Shown: piece by piece, positions 59,812 to 64,000 of the stretch
Position numbering within the stretch: the stretch's first letter is position 1
Layout of the letters: each line of letters opens with the position of its first letter
Source of the DNA: Patescibacteria group bacterium
GTDB taxonomy: Bacteria > Patescibacteriota > Minisyncoccia > Moranbacterales > DUUL01
Assembly: GCA_015493225.1 (NCBI GenBank)
Contig: WGDO01000087.1
Span: 514 to 64,513, forward strand
Length of the DNA: 64,000 nucleotides
Direction of reading: 5' to 3'
The notes under the pieces: generated by a model
Told to the model about the DNA's origin: nothing
Databases searched by the model: none
Seen by the model: only the letters and a program-made list of their open reading frames with translations
Program-made: the position numbers and the translations under genes

Positions 59812-62800
59812 CTATTTCCTCAACTCCCACAAATCAAAGAAATCTTTGGTGATGTCATTGCGTTCGTATTTTTCTTTGAGGAAATTACCGCTTAAAATAT
59901 CCTCAGCAAAATCCTGAATTTGCTCTTCCAGTTCTTTAACTTCCGCTGGAGAAACACTTAACAGTTTTCGCTCAAATTCCCCGGTCTTTCTACTCTTCTC
60001 CATAAAATCCAACATTCCCTCCTCTACTTTAATTTCCGGATGACCAGTTTTTTCATGATATTTATCCAAAAGCAATTTATAAAAAACCAACTGTCGATGT
60101 AAATCTTCTCGTTCATCTTTAAATTTATCCTTATAAGTTCGCCCCGTTTTATAATCCACCACCCGAATTTTATTCCCCGGCAATAATTCTACCTTATCAA
60201 TAATTCCATACAATTTTAATGTCTCACCATTTCTTAATTTCATTGAAGCAAAAACCTTTTTCTCCGTTTCAATATCTAAAATAAATTCATCCTTATAATT
60301 TTGATAATACTCTTTTAATAATTTCTCTCCCCTGGTTTTAATTTCTTTATAATATTTTTCCAACATTGTCGTTGAATTCACCACCTTTTCAAAATATGCC
60401 AATAATTTTTCTTCTGGCAAAACCTTTTTTTCTTGTTTACTAGCCTTAAAAAAATCTTCCAAAGTTTGATGAATAATATTTCCAAAGATTAAAGTTTTAG
60501 TTTGAGTACTAGGCAATCGCAATAAATTACGGAAAAAATATTTCAACGGCGATTGCATATAATTATTCAAAGCAGACACTGACAAAGTATTTTTTAAAAA
60601 TTGTTCTCGCACATACTCCAGGCTAAATACTGACAACGCCTGCTCCTCTTTCGGCTGGAAAAATTTTTGAACTTTTTTCACCACATTTAACTGCTTAACA
60701 TCAACCGGTTCAATAAAATTATCATCAATTTCTGCCAAGAAACGAGAAGCTTTTTTCTCCCGCCCTTCCAAATCCAATTTAGAATAAGTAATAACCACCT
60801 CTTGCTTACCCCGAGTTAGGGCCACATAAAATAATCTTCTTTCATCATCAACCCCACCCTCTATTTTAGAAGTTGGCAATTTGAAAGTTGCTCCATAACG
60901 TCGCCCTGGCCAGATAGAATCAACAAAATTAGTAATATAAACAGTATCAAATTCTAATCCTTTGGAACCATGGGCGGTCATCAAATTCACCCCCTGCCCT
61001 AAATTATCCTGCCCTAAATCAATGGTCACATTATATTTTTCCAGAATATCTATATACTCCAAAAAATCTTTTAACTTATACTCCTTCTTACTAAAAAACT
61101 GTTTCCGTGCTTCATCAAAAATTTTCTCCAACCTTTTGAGGGCCAACGCTGAATCAGCCAACTTTAAAATATATTTCAAAAATCCCGATTCTTTTATAAA
61201 CCACTCAAAGAACTCCAAAAAATCACTGTCTTCTGATTTTTTCCTAACCTCTTTCAATTTATTAGATAAGGCCAAAAATTCAATTGGATGTTCTACCTCT
61301 ATTTCTTCTAAAATCTGTGGGGAAGAAATTATTTTTAGAATGGATTTGTTTTTTAAAATGCCACTTTTAATCGATTCTTTCTCATAGGTCGTAGAAAATT
61401 TTGATTTAGACGACTCTGAGGAAAGCGAGGCGATGCTGGAGTATCGTCGAGTTTTACGAAGTGAGTCTAAATCAGAATTTTCAAGAGCTGGTGGGGAAGA
61501 ATCGGTTGAATGTGGCATTACCCCACGACCTCGATAGTCCATTTTTCGCAACACTTTCAAAATATCAAAAGTGTCCAAGTTTAAAAAATCAACAAACAAC
61601 AACTTTGCCAAAGTTTCATCATCATAGGGATTGGCGACAGCCCGCAAGTACATAATAAGTTTTTTAATTTCCTTATTGTCTAAAATATTTTCCCGAGAAA
61701 AAACTTTATAGGGAATTTCAAACTTATCAAAAATATCCTTAATTTCAAATAGGTTTTTGTTCTGGCGATAGAAAACAGCAATAGAATCCGGGTCTTCACC
61801 ATCTTGAATTCTTTTCTTAATATCCTCCGCCAAAAAAATTAATTCTTCTTTATAATTATTTAATTCCGCCACTTTTATCTTATGCCCAAGATTGGCCACT
61901 TTCTCATTTTTAGCTTGTAACTCAGTATCCCCTGCCAAAACAGAATGAGCCGAATCTAGAATCTGTTGACTGGAACGATAATTATTTTTTAGATTTATAA
62001 CGGTAACATCATCGTACTGTTTTTCAAATTTCAAAAAATTTTCCAAGCTGGCTCCCTGAAAAGCATAGATAGCTTGCTTCTCATCACCAACCGTAAAAAT
62101 ATTGGGACGATTTTCATTGACTTCCGCCCCACCGATTAACTCAATAATTCTATTTTGAGCTCCATTGGTATCTTGATGCTCATCAACTAAAATATATTGA
62201 TACTGTTCCCGCAATAAAGCTAAATACTCCTGATTATTTTCTGCTTCCTGGACCACTGTTAAAATCATATCAGAGAAATCATATAATTTTTGTTTTTCCA
62301 ATTCCTCTTGATATTTTTCATAAATTTCCGCCAACTCTTCTTGCTTACCTCTCTGTTTGATAATTTTATCTTCAATCGCCTTTTTTAAATCACCTTTTTG
62401 CCGGTCGCCAGATTTTCTTTTTAGATAAGCATTTTCTCCCTCTTCCGCCAAAATTCTCTCCTCAATTTTTTCAATACTTTTATGAAAATCTTTCGGTGAA
62501 ATCGCTTCCATTTTTAAATCATTAATAGCACTAATAATATCTCGGGTATAATGATAATCAGAAGCAAAAGTTTTTAAATATTCCAATTCTGTTTCTTGAA
62601 CTAATTTTTCAACTATCTGAATTTGTTGAATGTCTGTTGCCGGTTGAGAAAAAGCAAAGCGACTAAAATATTCTGGATTTTTTTTAATTTGTTCTTCGGC
62701 AAAAGAATGAAAAGTAAAAATATTAACCTGATAAGCCATTTCTACACCAATAAACTCAGTTAATCTTTCTCGCATTGCAAAAACACCAGCATTGGTAAAA

Positions 62801-63012
62801 GTTAACGCTAAAATATTTTCCGCCACATCCGCACCTAGCTTATCGATAATATTAGCAATTCGCAAAGTCAAAATCTGCGTCTTTCCCGTCCCCGGTCCAG
62901 CCACAACCACCACCGGACCATCGATAGTATCCACTGCTTTCTTTTGTTGAGAATTTAACCTTTTATACTCCTCCTCAAACTTCTCCCGATATTCATTTTT
63001 TTCTTTTGGCAT
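59812..63012 (-). CDS. UvrD/PcrA-family helicase with C-terminal PD-(D/E)XK nuclease
   Basis: AGPGTGKT, VDEHQD, NYRS, TAHGSKGLEF, RLFYVALTR; GIIDKV...VVDYKTG, QL.FY. Confidence 0.93.
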   Translation of the reverse strand: MPKEKNEYREKFEEEYKRLNSQQKKAVDTIDGPVVVVAGPGTGKTQILTLRIANIIDKLGADVAENILALTFTNAGVFAMRERLTEFIGVEMAYQVNIFTFHSFAEEQIKKNPEYFSRFAFSQPATDIQQIQIVEKLVQETELEYLKTFASDYHYTRDIISAINDLKMEAISPKDFHKSIEKIEERILAEEGENAYLKRKSGDRQKGDLKKAIEDKIIKQRGKQEELAEIYEKYQEELEKQKLYDFSDMILTVVQEAENNQEYLALLREQYQYILVDEHQDTNGAQNRIIELIGGAEVNENRPNIFTVGDEKQAIYAFQGASLENFLKFEKQYDDVTVINLKNNYRSSQQILDSAHSVLAGDTELQAKNEKVANLGHKIKVAELNNYKEELIFLAEDIKKRIQDGEDPDSIAVFYRQNKNLFEIKDIFDKFEIPYKVFSRENILDNKEIKKLIMYLRAVANPYDDETLAKLLFVDFLNLDTFDILKVLRKMDYRGRGVMPHSTDSSPPALENSDLDSLRKTRRYSSIASLSSESSKSKFSTTYEKESIKSGILKNKSILKIISSPQILEEIEVEHPIEFLALSNKLKEVRKKSEDSDFLEFFEWFIKESGFLKYILKLADSALALKRLEKIFDEARKQFFSKKEYKLKDFLEYIDILEKYNVTIDLGQDNLGQGVNLMTAHGSKGLEFDTVYITNFVDSIWPGRRYGATFKLPTSKIEGGVDDERRLFYVALTRGKQEVVITYSKLDLEGREKKASRFLAEIDDNFIEPVDVKQLNVVKKVQKFFQPKEEQALSVFSLEYVREQFLKNTLSVSALNNYMQSPLKYFFRNLLRLPSTQTKTLIFGNIIHQTLEDFFKASKQEKKVLPEEKLLAYFEKVVNSTTMLEKYYKEIKTRGEKLLKEYYQNYKDEFILDIETEKKVFASMKLRNGETLKLYGIIDKVELLPGNKIRVVDYKTGRTYKDKFKDEREDLHRQLVFYKLLLDKYHEKTGHPEIKVEEGMLDFMEKSRKTGEFERKLLSVSPAEVKELEEQIQDFAEDILSGNFLKEKYERNDITKDFFDLWELRK
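61387..61530. repeat. 144-nt nested palindromic insertion, in frame in the helicase
   Basis: Terminal GGTCGT/ACGACC; internal 18-bp inverted repeat 61394-61411/61465-61482. Confidence 0.85.
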
Positions 63013-63114
63013 AATTTTATTTTTTAAATTAAATTTACTTAGACGTCCGACACCTAAGTAAAAACACCTTGCAACAAAAAATACAAGGTGTTATCAGGCA
63101 CCATTAAAATACAA

Positions 63115-63354
63115 TTATTTTTGTTGACCCCCTTTAAAATTTATTGACTGAGTAACTTCAACCTCACCATCAGGATGCTGTTCATCACAGGTAGCCTTTA
63201 TTTTTATCTCTCCTTCAGACACAAGCTTCTTATCTGGGCCAATAAAATCTACCTTTCTTACAGTTGTAACAACCTTAGCACCATCTGGAATTTTTTCTCC
63301 GCTCTCACTGTTGTCTCCATCTTTTGGTGATTGTTTCTCAAATTTTTCACGCAT
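63115..63354 (-). CDS. small hypothetical protein
   Basis: 79 aa, N-terminus MREKFEKQSP. Confidence 0.6.
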   Translation of the reverse strand: MREKFEKQSPKDGDNSESGEKIPDGAKVVTTVRKVDFIGPDKKLVSEGEIKIKATCDEQHPDGEVEVTQSINFKGGQQK

Positions 63355-63369
63355 ATCTTTATTTTATTT

Positions 63370-64000
63370 TTATTTCAAAATCTTTTTAATAATAATTTTA
63401 ACAACTTTATAAAGGATAAATATCACCAAGGCAATGATAATCAGAACTGGTAAAGTAGCAATGATAAAATAAATTACTCCGTTAATTGTTTTCTGAGAGT
63501 TTAAAACCAAATTATGCAAAGCCTTTTGAGCAACTCGAGCTGGTTTCCACTTAATTGGTGTATTAGCAACTTGCTCATACTCAACTAAACTCACATCAAT
63601 TCTAGACATATCAGTTTGCGATTCCATAAATTTAATTCTTCCCTCTAAACGGTCGATTTCTCCTCGCACTCGCGCCACTTCCCTGGTCACACTCAAAACA
63701 TCATCCAATTTTCCAGAACGTTCCAATAAATTTCGAAAAGTCTCTTCTTCTGCTTTTTTATTTCTAATTTGAGCCTGTAAATCAACATATTCTTCCGTAA
63801 CATCGCTACCACTAATTGATTCAGATAAAACCTGGTCACCAACTGCTTTTATCGCTTTCATCGCTGATTCAAATTGATCCACTGGAACTTTAACTGTTAA
63901 ATTACCACCTAAACCATTTTTGCCCTGTCGATACAAATTTACATTGGCAACCTCTCCCTTATATTGTTTGGCAATATTTTTAATCTTCTCAGCACTATCC
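63370..64000 (-). CDS. DUF4349-domain protein, 5' truncated
   Basis: DVTEEYVDLQA, EIDRLEGR, C-terminal TM; frame open to the window edge. Confidence 0.9.
   Translation of the reverse strand, partial: DSAEKIKNIAKQYKGEVANVNLYRQGKNGLGGNLTVKVPVDQFESAMKAIKAVGDQVLSESISGSDVTEEYVDLQAQIRNKKAEEETFRNLLERSGKLDDVLSVTREVARVRGEIDRLEGRIKFMESQTDMSRIDVSLVEYEQVANTPIKWKPARVAQKALHNLVLNSQKTINGVIYFIIATLPVLIIIALVIFILYKVVKIIIKKILK

Overview
This 64 kb window is AT-rich chromosome from a Patescibacteria (CPR) bacterium, probably Parcubacteria and possibly Moranbacteria (inferred from gene content). It uses genetic code 11, since TGA ends priA and clpC. It carries housekeeping genes (priA, def, fmt, ung, rarA, tsaE, murC, clpC, ppaC, a UvrD-nuclease fusion), scattered surface-glycan genes (rfbB/C/D, PMM/PGM, WcaJ-like transferase, O-antigen-ligase-like), a type IV pilus cluster (pilM-N-O-B-T-C, three pilins, pilD, minor pilins), comF, RNase P RNA, four tRNAs and the 3' part of an IS110 element. 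The most striking layer is a set of small modular palindromic repeats. One scaffold (AAAA(T)CCCC-slot1-CCCC(T)CTTT-slot2-AAAGG(A)GGGG) accepts interchangeable and nested hairpin cassettes and forms BIME-like arrays. It appears to be the target of the IS110 recombinase, is translated in frame inside RarA and a Nudix protein, and breaks the frame of rfbD at a C_CCA_AAG slippery site and G5/G6 run. Other palindrome families sit in frame in UvrD, TsaE, MurC and PriA, and 7-nt repeat arrays supply stop codons. Also notable are a SemiSWEET-Nudix fusion, a paralogous orphan triplet, an orphan kinase-like protein and a pilin with a Gly-Ser tail. All calls come from motif recognition; no database searches were run.
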